A stretch of DNA of 64,000 nt from Octopus vulgaris (Eukaryota). The stretch is taken from positions 2,666,001 to 2,730,000 of the forward strand of contig OX597842.1 of the NCBI GenBank assembly GCA_951406725.2, in the 5' to 3' direction. The position numbers and the translations under genes are program-made. The notes under the pieces are model-generated. The model did not search any database. It worked only from the letters and a program-made list of their open reading frames with translations, and was not told the origin of the DNA. Below are positions 25,836 through 39,362 of the stretch, one piece after another; position 1 is the stretch's first letter; each line of letters starts with the position of its first letter.

Positions 25836-26253
25836 AGGTATAAGTGGTTGTGTGGTAAGTAGCTTGCTTATGAACCACATGGTTCCAGGTTCACTCCCAC
25901 TGAGTGGCACCTTGGGCAAGTGTCTTCTACTATAGCCCCGGGCCGACAAAAGCCTTGTGAGTGGATTTGGTAGACAGAAACTGAAAGAAGCCCATCATAT
26001 ATATGTATATATATGTATGTGGGTGTGTATGTGTGTGCATATGTTTCTATGTCTGTGTTTGTCCCACCAGCATCGCTTGACAACCGATGCTGGTGTGTTT
26101 GCGTCCCCGTAACTTAGCGGTTCGGCAAAAGAAACTGATAGAATAAGTACTAGGCTTACAAAGAATAAGTCCTGAGGTTGATTAGCTTGACTAAAGGCGG
26201 TGCTCCAGCATGGCCGCAGTCAAATGATTGAAACAAGTAAAAGAGTAAGAGAA
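25836..26253 (+). mobile_element. SINE family A, full length
   Basis: Diagnostic head and tail. Confidence 0.9.
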
Positions 26254-26289
26254 TAATATTAGTTGTTGCTAGTATCATTATTATTAATA

Positions 26290-26622
26290 TTAAAAGACCC
26301 CCTTCGGTCATGAATGACCATGGGATTGCACCTAGAAAGTTACCCTCCTAGACACAAGTCTGGGCAATGTTGTTTTTTATGGAAGACCAGCAGTCGCCCA
26401 TGCATACCAGCCTCCCCTCTCCACACCACCAGTGTTATCCAAGGGAAAGACAAAGGTCGATACAGCTTGGCACCAGTGATGTCGCAACTCATTTCTACAG
26501 CTGAGTGAACTGAAGCAACATGAAATAAAGTGCCTTGCTCAAGAACACAACATGCTGCCCGGTCCGGGATTCGAGCTCACAACCTCACGATCGTAAGCTC
26601 GACGCTCTAACCATTGAGCTGG
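26290..26622 (-). mobile_element. tRNA-derived SINE family C
   Basis: Minus-strand head AGCTCAATGGTTAGAGCGTCGAGCTTACGATCGTGAGGTTGTGAGCTCGAATCCCGG (A and B boxes). Confidence 0.85.
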
Positions 26623-26875
26623 GCTCTCTACCCCGCTTTTGACCAGGCTCCCGTGGCTTTTATGGGTTTTTCCATGTGAGACCATTTCTTTTTCGAAGCG
26701 TCTCCTCTATTGGGAGTTATTCGTTGTTATATTTTCGTTGTTAAACTGCTTTTTACTCGTTTTTTTTCACAAACGGACAAAACCTTTTGTAACCTTCCGT
26801 CCTGTTTTGTCCCTTTATGTGTGTCAGCCCTTGTGTCCAATAAAAAGAATTAATTATTATTATTATTATTATTAT
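26623..26875 (+). mobile_element. Probable LINE 3' UTR with AATAAA and (ATT)n tail
   Basis: T-rich segment ending CAGCCCTTGTGTCCAATAAAAAGAATTAATTATTATT; truncates the adjacent SINE head. Confidence 0.45.
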
Positions 26876-27399
26876 CATCATTATCATTTGGATGTTCATT
26901 TTTTCATGCTTTCATGGGTCAGGCAAGTTTCTTGAGGCAGATTGTTTATAGCTGGATGCCTTTCCTGTCTCCTATCCTTACTCCTTTCCATGCAAGATAT
27001 TTACTTCGTGGCCAGACATGTTTTTGCACAACATTGAAAATGAATAACACCACTTATATGACAGTGACACTCATTTACAGCTAACATGCAATGTCAAGAC
27101 AAGGGGACACAAACACACACACACACACAAATACATATATATATATACCTTTTGCCTTTCACTTGTTTCAGTTATGGCCATGCTCGGGCATCACCCTGGA
27201 GAATTTTAGTCAAATGAATCAATCCCATCACTTAATTTTTTTTAAGCTTTCTTTTACTTTCTTTTACTTGTTTCAGTCATTTGACTGTGGCCATGCTGGA
27301 GCACTGCCTTTAGTCAAATAAACTGGCCCCAGGACTTATTCTTTGTAAGCCTAGTACTTATTCTATCAGTCTGTTGGAAATGGTGCAATATGCCCCCCA

Positions 27400-28162
27400 G
27401 CGAAATTCTATTTGTCTTATTATGAAACTTTATTTGTCTTTGTATGAAATTTTATTTTCTTATGAAATTTTACTTGTCTTTCTACAAAATGTTATTTGTC
27501 TTTGTATGAAATTATATTTTCTTAGTATGAAAGTTTATTTGTCTTAGCATGAAATTATATTTGTCTTAGTATGAAATTATATTTGTCTTAGTATGAAATT
27601 TTATTTCCTTATTATGAAATTTTATTTGTCTTTGTATGAAATTTTATTTGTCTGTATGAAATTATATTTTCTTATTATGAAATGTTATTTGTCTTATTAT
27701 GAAATGTTATTTGTCCTAGTATGAAATTTTATTTTCTTAGCATGAAATTTTATTTGTCTTAGTAAAAATGTTATTTGTCTTTGTATGAAATGTTATTTAT
27801 CTTATGAAATTATATTTCTCTTAGTATGAAATTTTATTTGTCTTTGTATGAAATTATATTTCTCTTAGTATGAAATTTTATTTGTCTTTGTATGAAATTA
27901 TATTTCTCTTAGTATGAAATTTTATTTGTCTTTGTATGAAATTATATTTCTCTTAGTATGAAATTTTATTTGTCTTTGTATGAAATTATATTTCTCTTAG
28001 TATGAAATTTTATTTGTCCTTGTATGAAATTTTATTTGTCTTTGTATGAAATTATATTTGTCTGTGTATGAAATTTTATTTGTCTTTGAATAAATTATAT
28101 TTGTCTTTGTATGAAATTATATTTCTCTGTGTATGAAATTTTATTTGTCTTAGTATGAAATG
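27400..28162. repeat. ~22-bp AT-rich minisatellite with 44-bp dimeric higher-order unit
   Basis: Unit TATGAAATT(T/A)TATTT(G/C)TCTT(AG/TG), about 35 copies; alternating A/B units at ~27800-28020. Confidence 0.95.
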
Positions 28163-28180
28163 AGTAACGTAGAAACTCGG

Positions 28181-28246
28181 CAAGGGCTGCACAACTGCAT
28201 GTCAAGGGCCACCTGTGGCCCTCGGGCTGCAGGTTGCCCATGCATG
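28181..28246. mobile_element. hAT/Charlie-like MITE remnant
   Basis: CAAGGGCTGCACAACTG..GGGCCACCTGTGGCCCTCGGGCTGCAGGTTGCCCATGCATG resembles hAT-Charlie termini with GGCCC subterminal motifs. Confidence 0.5.
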
Positions 28247-30095
28247 CACTTAACCATGTGCCTTCAAGCAATAAAAGAATAAATATAATTATCAACGTTT
28301 TAACCTGGAAATAGGTTCCATGTCATTTTGCTAGGGTATGGCTGAGGGCGGTAGGGCCCAAGGGCAACTGGCATCTTAACAAAATATTGATTGATACATC
28401 CCACTCTTTCCACACTGAAATCCTGAAGTTCAAGTCCTGCTCCTTTTCTGGGGTGGGTGGATCCTTAATGAAACAATTACACTGTGGTTGAATAAGTATC
28501 TGACACCCCTGAGGGGTGGATCCACCCAGCATATGTTCCATTTAATGATGGAGTAATTAAGAAAATATATAATGTATGTTAATTGATTGGTGGTGGGAAT
28601 ATTGTTTTGTTTCGAAGTCTGTCAGGCATAAGTAACTTTATGGTGTGTTTGACCTGATTAATAGAAATAGCAGCTGAAACTCCCTCACTCAACACCACAC
28701 TACAACACCACCAACACCGTCAACACAACCACATACTGCCATCAGCAGCACACTGTAACAAAACTTCCACGCTGCCACCATCTTTATCACCATGACAACC
28801 ACCACCATCACCACCACCACCACCGTCACCACCACTACTTTCACTACCACCACTTCCATCACCTTCATTGCCGCCATCACCACCACCATCATCATTACCA
28901 TTACTACAACCACCGCCAACCATTATCACGACGACCACCACCACCACCATCATCACTACCACCACCACCACCAACACAACCACCACCACCAACACAACCA
29001 CCATCACCACCACCAACACAACCACCATCACCACCACCAACACAACCACCACCACCACCACCACCACCACCACCAACACAACCATCTCCACCATCATCAC
29101 CACTATTACTACACAACTACCACTACCATAACCAACATAACATACTACAACCTGACTACTACATATTTCCACTTGACACCATCTCTCTCTCTTTCTCTCA
29201 CACACAGAGTTACCAATACTGTAACAACTATACAATATACCACCACTTAAACCGCCACCACCTGAACACAACACCACACTATGCTACAACAATCCCCTAC
29301 CCCTTCATCAGATATTTCCACCCAGGAATGACACCTACCCTTAACAACTTCAACCACAACAATAACAACAACAAGCAATTTGATATTATCACGGATGTCA
29401 TTGCAAGCAACTTGACACCTCAACCACCACCACCACCACCACCACCACCACATCACCACCACCACCGGTGACATTAGATAAGGTAGGTACCTCTATGTGG
29501 TCTCTCAACCTGTGAAAAATTTACCCCACAAAACCTCCCATCTAAGACACCCTCCTGCTGCTGTTGTATTTAAGAGCTTGAAACCCATCTCTTGCCTGTG
29601 GCTAATTAAAGTATTTTTGGTATACTAGCTCTTGTATATACACCATATTTGTATATGCAGTTAGGTATATAAGCACGTGTATGTATGCAACCATGTGTGT
29701 GTGTTAATATATATGATGTATAGTACTATAGTTAGTATTGGTGGTTATAGCTTTTGTTGTTTAGCCCCAGGTCAGTTTGATCCAGTGGACCTACACTGGC
29801 GAAAATAAATTTAAGACCGATGATAAAAGTTCTATTTCTTACAAAATATTTTGTTACTAACACCATACAAATTATTTCTATCTTTCACACCTTATGCAGA
29901 ATTTATTTCTCTTTCGAATGATGCAGACAATAACTATTTTTATACAACTTGAAGAATTCTAATGCTAAATTAATATAAACGTTTCAAATTTACCAGCAAA
30001 ATTAGTTTAAGACCAAATCATTATAATTTCATTATAAGAAATATTAAATTTCTAAATCTTAATTATTTAGAAATTTCATATTTCTTATTTTGATA

Positions 30096-30569
30096 ATCAG
30101 TGAATAAACTTCACTGAAATTAGATATATACATTTGCGAGTCGAGGCAGATATCAACAGCTGATCGGTGTCTGCTAGTCTAGACCGACAAAGGACAATGA
30201 TCCTGAAACACGCATGTCTCAGCATCAGTACTTTGGAGTAAAGATTGTTTGCCAACATAACATGGCAGTCATGGTTTAGGACGAATGTTGCTGTAATTTA
30301 GCCCCAGGAGGCATCACCTCCAGCTGGGTATATGACATGATCTGTGTCTGAACAGTTATTCTGTGCTGATGAAGAGAAATAACCCAGAAATCGCGATACA
30401 CAGATATTGTTTTGAAATAAGTGGGGGCACTAGATTCCCTTGTTTGAAAATATAAGGACACAGATCATGTGTCATATAGCCAGTTGGAGACAATGTCTCC
30501 TGGGGCTAAACTACAGCAACATTCGTCCTGTAGAAGGACTGCCATGTTTATGTTACCAAGCAATCTTTA
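30096..30569 (+). mobile_element. Family H2 element: ~110-bp inverted repeats plus two hammerhead motifs
   Basis: Arms 30240-30348 / 30457-30569. Motifs at 30178-30222 (AGA CCGACAA AGGA..TCCT GAAAC ACGCAT GTC TC) and 30360-30404 (TCTGTG CTGATGA AGAGAAATAACCCA GAAA TCGCGA TA CACAGA). 30096-30184 is homologous to the reverse of 41161-41245. Confidence 0.75.
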
Positions 30570-30660
30570 TGGCTTAGTTTGTTGTCCACCTAAGGTACAT
30601 GTATGTATATGTGTTTATGTGTGTTCATAATGCATATAACTCCATTGCAGTTGATATATC

Positions 30661-31035
30661 TCTTATTATAATATATATATAAAGCTGAAGTTGTCTGTGT
30701 GGCAGGTTTGGTAGCCTTCAACTAACACTATGTCCTCCGAGACCCTGCGGCGCAAGTTGACCAAAATCGAGAGTATGATAGAAGGCTTGCTCTTCATTCT
30801 GTAGAAGATAAAATTCAAATTGGACCATGTTAACACCAAAAATTATTTACATAAAAAAAGGTGCTTTTTTTAATAATTTTTTTACTGCTGTGTTGCCATT
30901 TTTTGGTGTATTTCAATCAGAAAAATGTTCACTTAAAGAGAATAACAAGCTACATAATGCAAAATTTTTACTTTTCAAAAATTCCAATTCTAAAGGGTCG
31001 AAACAAACCCGATCAACGCCAGGTGATACAGCTAG
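30661..31035 (+). mobile_element. Non-autonomous Helitron
   Basis: 5' ..TATATATAAAGCTGAAGTTG; 3' subterminal hairpin CCCGATCAACGCCAGG followed by CTAG|T. Confidence 0.7.
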
Positions 31036-31450
31036 TATAAATATAAAACTTCCCACACCAGTGTCATGTAAAGCACCTGCACTGGTGCCACATAGAAGTG
31101 CCCTGTACAGATGTCACATAAATGTGCCAGTGTCACGTAAAAGCACTTGTGCCAGCATCACGTAGAAGAGCTCATGAACTCCAGGATGGAAGCCATGGGG
31201 AGTTGTCCACATTTTCGGAAATTTTTACTTCAAAATTGGAAAACTCTAGCTATCAAGCAAAGGAAAACAACTTGCCTGGCCATAATTTTTTTAAGAGGAA
31301 TATTTCTTGACCTATCACCGACGTTTTGTGTTTTAAAAGAAACCTTCATTGCAGAGAATAGTTACCATTTAGTAAAACTGAAGATATGCCTAGTTCACCA
31401 ATGGTTTTTTCTAAACTGTTACTTTACACATACAAATTATATATATACAA

Positions 31451-31967
31451 CTAGCAGTATCGCCCGGCGTTGCTCGGGTTTGTAAGGGAAATAACTATAT
31501 AAGCATTTTTAGAGAGTTACTTCCCTTATAGATGCCAATTCGGGCTTTCTTAGCCATTTCTGTTTTGGTATCTTCAAGCCATGAAGTCGTTGTTCTAAAA
31601 GAACGCTGGTCTCCTTGACTATGCTTTACGACGTTGATTTCCTTACACTCCCTTCCTTCCCCACAGCTTCACGAGGAAGGGAAGAAGGGGGAGAAGCAAA
31701 CAGGTGCAGGTGTGACCATGGACGCCAACTCCGCCGCCATCGACACACGAAAAATTATGCATTAAAATGGAATAAAAAATGATGTTAAATTATTTTTAAA
31801 ATCGTAAACTCATCGTAGACGCGCACTAATACTCAGACGGGCTCGATATGAATCACAACTATAAGATACCCGAATTTGGTTAAACTGCACCGCAAAATGT
31901 GGGAGTAGTTAGGAATCTAAATCGAAGGGGACAGACACTCACACAACTACAGTTTTATATATATAGA
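31451..31967 (-). mobile_element. Non-autonomous Helitron
   Basis: Minus strand A|TCTATATATATAAAACTGTAGTTG ... CCCGAGCAACGCCGGG CGATACTG CTAG|T: TC start, hairpin, CTAG end, AT target. Confidence 0.85.
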
Positions 31968-32284
31968 TATATATATATTTATATGTATAAATTTAAAGTA
32001 AAAGAAAATGGAGAAATATTGATGAACAACAATTGACTAACATCAATTATTACTTTTTAATTAAATACAAATAGACTGTATCTTGTCTAACAGCTGTTTC
32101 TGCTTCCAATGTTATACGGCATTGTTACTAAAAATTCTGAAAATAACATTCATTATATCTGATTACACATCTGATCTGGAACATGGAGCTTCATGAATGT
32201 GAAGAAAAATACATAAAAGAAAAGAAGAGAAAAGAAGAAGAGCCTCAAAAAGAAGATGAATATTTAATATATTTAAATTATACT

Positions 32285-32604
32285 CTTTTATTTTTCACTT
32301 GTTTCAGTCATCAGACTAGGGCACTACCTTGAAGAGTATTTTTAGTTGAATGATTCCACCTTAGTACTTATTCTATTAGACTCTTCCACTAAACTGATAA
32401 GTTACAGGGATGTAAATACAGCAACACTAATTGCCAAGTGGTGGTGGTGGTGGGGGGGAGAAAAACAGATACAAAGACACACTCACACAGAGATACAAAC
32501 ACACAGATACATACATACATATACATATATATATAGAGAGAGATAGATAGATAGATATATGGGTATGTGTATGTATATATATCTGTATTATATGTCTGTA
32601 TATG

Positions 32605-32645
<41 letters not shown>

Positions 32646-32810
32646 GATAAGCTTTTCTCGGGTTACATCTACCAAATACACTCACAAGGCTTTGGTCAGT
32701 CTGAGGCTATAGTAGAAGACACTTGCCCAAGGTGCCATGCAGTGGGACTGAACCTGGAACCATGTGGTTGGGAAGCAAATTTCTTACCACACAGCCACTC
32801 CTGTGCCTAT
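32285..32810 (-). mobile_element. SINE family A (diverged)
   Basis: Tail ~32285-32480, head 32650-32810. Confidence 0.8.
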
Positions 32811-33130
32811 ATATACACACATACATGCAATATTTATACCACAATCAATATATCGCAGCAAAAATGTACACACATATTTGTGAAATATGACTAACAGAAT
32901 ATAAACTATATGCAGAATATAATATATAATATATACACACAAAACGTATGTGTATATACAGCACTTTTATATTATATAAATATTTACACTCCCCAATACA
33001 CACACACATAAATGATCTTATATAAATATTAGATGCATAGTTATAGGTAAACACATGGCATATATACCTGTATATGCATGTATATATAAAGATACATATA
33101 CATGTACATATAAAGACAGAGAGAAAAAGT

Positions 33131-33164
<34 letters not shown>

Positions 33165-33665
33165 TATATATGTATGCATGTGTTCATATATATGTATATA
33201 TTTGTTGTTTATGCAAGTTTATGGTAGTGTATATAGTGATAATCGTGCATATAATGTTACATAAATGTTTATATTATATTGTGTTTTATATATATATATA
33301 TATACACAGAGTGAACTGTATTCAAATATATATTTCTGTGACATCAATATTAAACAAATATTTAGACAAACGTGTATAATATTTGTGCGAGTATTAAATA
33401 TCCATAATGTGTATGCTCTTATATAATATATATATACATACATACACGCACATACATACATACACAAACGTTTTACTGTCAGTTCTGTATAGAATGTTGT
33501 ATGTCGTATGCAAGTTTACCAGCAATTGTATACACATTCAGGATATGTTTGCATAACTGCACACACATGAGTGTGTGTGTATACACATATATATATTTTT
33601 ATATATACATACATATATGTATATATACACATATATATATATATATTTAAATAATATACATGTGT

Positions 33666-33709
<44 letters not shown>

Positions 33710-33743
33710 GTGTATATATATATATGTAGATATATATATATAT

Positions 33744-33844
<101 letters not shown>

Positions 33845-34920
33845 TATATATATGTGTGTGTGTGTTCAATCATACACACATGCATAAATATATGTATATA
33901 TATATTTATATGTATTATAATAATAACATGAACATAATATAAATTTATATATATATACATATATATATATGTATGTATGTATATATGTATGTGTGTGTGT
34001 CTGAATGTATATAGTGTATATGCACATAAAATATTTAATATACATGCCAGTGTATACATGTTGGTTTCTGTCTTCTGAGTCATGCAATATGGAATGGTAG
34101 AGACTTTGGAACCAACAGAGCTTATTGCCAATATACTGGATACCATCGTTGACTCACCATCATCATCATCATCACTATCATTATCATCATCATCATCACT
34201 ATCATTATCATTGTCATCATCATCATCATTCCAGCTGTTGACATGATCATCAGCATTGTTGCCGGCACCGTTATCATTGCCATCCCCACCATCACCCTTC
34301 ATGTCATCTCATCACCACCGCCATCACTGTCATCATCGTGATTGTCATCATCATTGTCATCATTTGCATTATTCCAATTTATGTCATCATCACTATCATC
34401 ATCATTAATATCATCATCATCATCATTTACATCTTCCTCTTCATCATCATTGTGAAGGCATGTGGTTTAGTGGTGAGGGAATTCAGTTCGCAATCCTAAG
34501 GTCATGTGTTCAATTCGTGGCAGTGCCTTGTATCCTTAATCAAGACACTTTACTTCACATTGCTCCAGTCCACTCAACTGGCAAAAATTGATTTGTACCT
34601 GAAATTCAAAGGGGTCAGTCGTCACATTCTGTGTCATGCTGAATCTTGGTCTGAAGAATAGCCTGCTGTATACACCTCACTTGGAAATTTACCACTTGCT
34701 ATGAAAGATGTGTAGCTCAGGTTTTATTTACTTCATTTAGATCATTATTCACAAACTTGGCAACCTTGGCTGCCAACCATCAAATATGAAATAATTTTAA
34801 AAACTTTTCATACTTCTATACGAAAAAATCCACAACCTTCCACCCTAATAAACCACTATTGTTCCTAAAAATTGGTTTTTTGATATTTTCTACAGATTAC
34901 TTGAAGCTCACTTTCTTCCC

Positions 34921-35117
34921 GCACCTTCATTAGCCACTAAATTTTTTGTTTGTTTTCTCTCCCTGTTTATTTCTGTGTTCCTTTCTGATGAAGAGCATAG
35001 GCTCAAAACATAAAAGACTTTCTCACTTCCTGAACATTAAACTAATACATCTGTTTGTTGTTTACACACCCGTCTTCGTCTTTTGTTTTGATTGTTTTTT
35101 TTTTGTAAATTCCAACT
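34921..35117 (+). mobile_element. Family H1 element with canonical CTGATGA core
   Basis: 34981-35016 CTTT CTGATGA AGAGC ATAG GCTC AAAAC ATA AAAG. Confidence 0.75.
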
Positions 35118-35148
35118 ATATATATATAGAGAGAGAGGGGAGGGAGAG

Positions 35149-36399
35149 AGGGGTTGGACAAAATAATGGAAACAAATTTTCAAACAAATTTACTTTTATT
35201 ATGGAGTAGGACCACCTTGACAGTGATTACAGCTTGAATTCTATGAGGTATGGACTCATACAAAGTTTCAAGTGTTTCAAAAAGAATTTTTGTCCATTCT
35301 TCAGCTAAAACAGTCTCCAGTTCTTGTAGTGATGATGGTAGAGGATATCGACTCCCTGCTTGTTTTTCTATAATGCACCATAAATGTTCAATAATATTGA
35401 GATCTGGGGAATGTGGTGGCCAGATAAGATGTTCAACTTCACTAGAATGTTCCTCGTGCCATTCAGTAACAACTTTAGCTGTGTGAATTGGGGCATTATC
35501 ATCCTGAAAGATTGCATTTCCCTCCAGAAACAGTTCTGCAAACATAGGATGAATTTGATCAGATAAAATGCTCAAATAGTCTTGACTATTAATTCTGCTA
35601 TGAAATGAAACCAGTGGGCTAGCGGATTTCCAAGATATAGCACCCTGATCATCCTCCATGTTTAATAGTTGGAAGAAGGCAGTCTGGGTCAAATGCTTCC
35701 TTTGGCTGTCTCCACATGTATTCCTAGCCAGTGGTCAGAAATAAGGTAAAGGATGACTTGTCTAAGAAAATAACATTCTTCCACTGCTCTAGGGACCAAT
35801 TCTGTAGGGTTTTTATTCCACTCTAAATGCTTTGCAACGTTTGTTTTGAAAGGAGTGATTTTCTGATTGCAGCCCTCCCATGAAATCCAGCTTTGTGCAG
35901 CTGCCAGTGAACAGTTTTTGTGGAAACTGGATTCTCCAGGTGGTCATTAAGCTCTGCAGTAATTTTCAGAGCTGTACTTTTGTGATCCTTCCAAACAATT
36001 TGTGTAAGAGTCCAATGGTCCTTATCTGAATGTTTTGGATTTCTTCCAGAGTTTTCTTTCAATGAGGAGGTGTTTCCCTCTTTCTCAAAGGCTGTCATTA
36101 CTTTTGAGACAATACTTCTTGATACACCGAATATTTCGGCTGTTTTCATTATGCTAGTGCCTGCCATACAAGCACCAACAATTTGACCTCTTTGAAAGTC
36201 CAATAGATCTGTCATTTTAATGAATTTTAATTACCTTTTTCTGATGATATCTGAAAAACAAACTGCAATTTTAACAAAACATATTAAGCAACACTAGTAA
36301 TAAATCAGAAAGCATAAACAAGCTTTTGACGGTTTTATAGATATTTCAAAATGATGATGCTATGATGCTAGGTATTCCTTTTATTTTGTCCAACCCCTG
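35149..36399 (-). mobile_element. Tc1/mariner DNA transposon, near full length (~1.25 kb)
   Basis: TIRs AGGGGTTGGACAAAATAATGGAA / TTCCTTTTATTTTGTCCAACCCCTG|TA enclosing a transposase relic. Confidence 0.9.
35200..36215 (-). pseudogene. Disrupted Tc1-type transposase (DD36E)
   Basis: N-terminal HTH MTDLLDFQRGQIVGACMAG..GVSRSIVSKVM (35823-36215); NVIFLDKSSF near 35760; FQDDNAPIH...WPPHSPDLNIIEHLW (35180-35692); frameshifted. Confidence 0.9.
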
Positions 36400-36402
36400 T
36401 AT

Positions 36403-36449
<47 letters not shown>

Positions 36450-36982
36450 CATACATATGGAAATGTAAATCTGGTAATTGAAGCATGTAACATCACCTGA
36501 TATGGCTTGATGCACTGTTCGTTGCACCTGATGTCATTACATCATTCCATGCCCACTAGAGAGCAGTGCAGAATGAAGTTGAAATAATTGTTGTGCTAAT
36601 GAAGCTTCTAGTACCAATCCATCTTCCGTATCAATCATTTAAGATATATATATATATATATCTTTTACTCTTTTACTTGTTTCAGTCATGTGACTGTGGC
36701 CATGCTGGAGCACCACCTTTAGTCGAGCAAATCGACCCCAGGACTTATTCTTTGTAAGTGATGTTGAGGGGACAAACACAGACACACAAAACATATTCAC
36801 ACACATACACATATATATACATATATACGATGGGCTTCTTTCAGTTTCCATCTACCAAATCCACTCACAAGGCATTAGTCGGTCTGAGGCTATAGTAGAA
36901 GACACTTTCCCAAGGTGTCACAGAGTGGGACTGAACCCGGAACCATGTTGTTTGTACGCAAGCTACTTACCACACAGCCACT

Positions 36983-37038
<56 letters not shown>

Positions 37039-37048
37039 TATATATATA

Positions 37049-38068
37049 TTGGGTCATCCCATAAATAACGAGATTTTTGAAATTGCATGAACTAAAAGTC
37101 AGAGAGGGATGGGATAAACTACCTGCATCAAGATGCTATAAAATCAGGTAGTAATTTTACCTTGTACTTATTCTTAGTGCAAGTTTTGAAGAGTGCAGTT
37201 CGATTTTAACAGTTGTTTTTTAATGGAAGTGACAAAGGCATATTTTGCTTTATGAGTTCAATAAAGGCAACAATGCAACAGAAAGTGCAAGGAATATTAA
37301 TGCAGTATATGGGGATCGGACAAGTGTAAACTAGTGTCAACAGTGGTTCCAGAAATTTCAAGCCAGAAACTACAGCTCAGAAGATGACCCTCATCCTGGA
37401 AGATCTGTAGAGCTCAACAAGGATGTCCTGCAAACCCTGGTAGAACAAAATCTCATCGTAAGTGTTGAAGAACTAGCAGAGAAGCTTGGATTTGGTCATT
37501 CAACCATTTATTGACACCTGCATGCCATTGGAAAAGTCAGCAAATTGGGTCAGTGGGTTCCTCACAAACTTTCTTAGTCTAATTGAGTGAAGAGTATGAA
37601 TGTGTGTTCTTCTTTGCTGTCAAGTCTCATGGATGAACCTTTTTTTTGACTGAATAGTGACTGGTGACAAGAAATGATTTCTCTGTAAAAATGTCAAGCA
37701 CCAAAGACAATGGGTAGGGAAAGGAGAAACACCAGCACCCCAGGCTAAAGAATGTCTTCACCTACGTAAGGTGTTGTTACCTGTTTGGTGAGTTATGAAA
37801 GGTTCAGTCCACTTTCAACTTTTAAACCCAAACCAAATGATAACAAAGGAGATCTGCTGTGACCAGCTTGAGTGGACTAGAAGAAAAATGACCATCTTTG
37901 GTTTCAAGATGAAATGTGTTCTTCCATCAGGATAATGCACGGTTAAATACAGTGAGGATGACATTCCAAAGGCTGGAGCAGTTTGAATGGGAAACGATGC
38001 CCCACCCACCATATTCGCTGGACATTGCCCCATCTGATTATCATTTACCCTGCAGTCTTCAAAATCAT
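37049..38068 (+). pseudogene. Mariner (DD34D) transposon relic, truncated at the 3' end by a SINE
   Basis: Left end TA|TTGGGTCATCCCATAA; ATG ~37223 then HILLYEFNKGNNATESARNINAVYG, WVPH (~37553), IVTGDKK, HQDNAR...PHPPYSLDIAPSDYHL with 34 aa between the D residues; many stops. Confidence 0.9.
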
Positions 38069-39231
38069 GCTAGGGGGACAAAACACACACACACATACAC
38101 ATATATATACGTATATACGACAGGCTTCTTTCAGTTTCCGTCTACCAAATCCACTCACAAGGCTTTGGTCGGCCCGGGATTATAGCAGAAGACACTTGCC
38201 CAAGATGCCACACAGTGGGACTGAACCCAGAACCATGTGGTTGGTTAGCAAGCTACTTACCACACAGCCACTCCTATATTTTTCTCTTGTTTCCATCATT
38301 AGACTGCAGCCATACTGGAGCAATTCTTTGAGAGATTTTAGTCAAACGAATCAACCTCAGTTCTTTACTTTTGTTAAAGTCTTTTATTATTCTATCAGTC
38401 TCTTTTGCTGAACCACTATGTTACAGCGATATAAATCCACCACTACTAGCTGTGATGGGGGACAAACACAGACGCAGAAACACACACCCATAGATAATAA
38501 TCTACCTGTCTATCAATCTATATACATATATAAATTCTGCTGTGATGATTCTAAAATACTACACATAAAAATCTAATGGCATATCTTTTTCTACATCTCT
38601 GAAGAGATTTTGCCTAACATAATGATTTTATTAATTGTGATTTAATCTTTTAGGCTTAATTGAAACAGCTGTAAGGAACTATGTTTGATTTTTGCAGATA
38701 ATAAATTTTCATTAAATGCTATATCTCCATTTTCTTACTTTTGTTTATATATATATAATTAATGCAGACAGCTGTGTGCAATGTTTTACCAAAAACAAAA
38801 ACTAGAATTGTTTTACCACTCAGCTGGTAAAAAGGAGTAATTGCTGTGATGGACTAGCATCCTATCCCGGGTGGAATATATACCTCAGAGAAGCTGGGAA
38901 ACTAGCTCAATGCTCCTTATGCGGATTAACCATATATGAAACTGAATATATGAAACATGTTACAACACACACGCACATACATACACACAAGCACACATAC
39001 TAATACACACACACACACACACACACATGTATGTGTTTAATGAGGTCTCAGGACAGCGCATGTTTGAACATACATAATGTACATGTAATTATTAACACCC
39101 CTGTATATACTCAGTAAGCAATTATCTATGTGTGTGTGTATATATATATATATACACACACACACACATTCATGATTGAGGAAAGCCATAAATTTAATAG
39201 ATGCCTGTTTATAATAACAGCAACAACAACA

Positions 39232-39234
39232 GTG

Positions 39235-39313
<79 letters not shown>

Positions 39314-39314
39314 G

Positions 39315-39362
<48 letters not shown>

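Noticed and set aside
26555-26622. tRNA gene
   Set aside because: tRNA-like head of a SINE, continuous with the SINE body and lacking a complete acceptor stem.
27400-28162. CRISPR-like periodic array
   Set aside because: No unique spacers, eukaryotic context, no cas genes.
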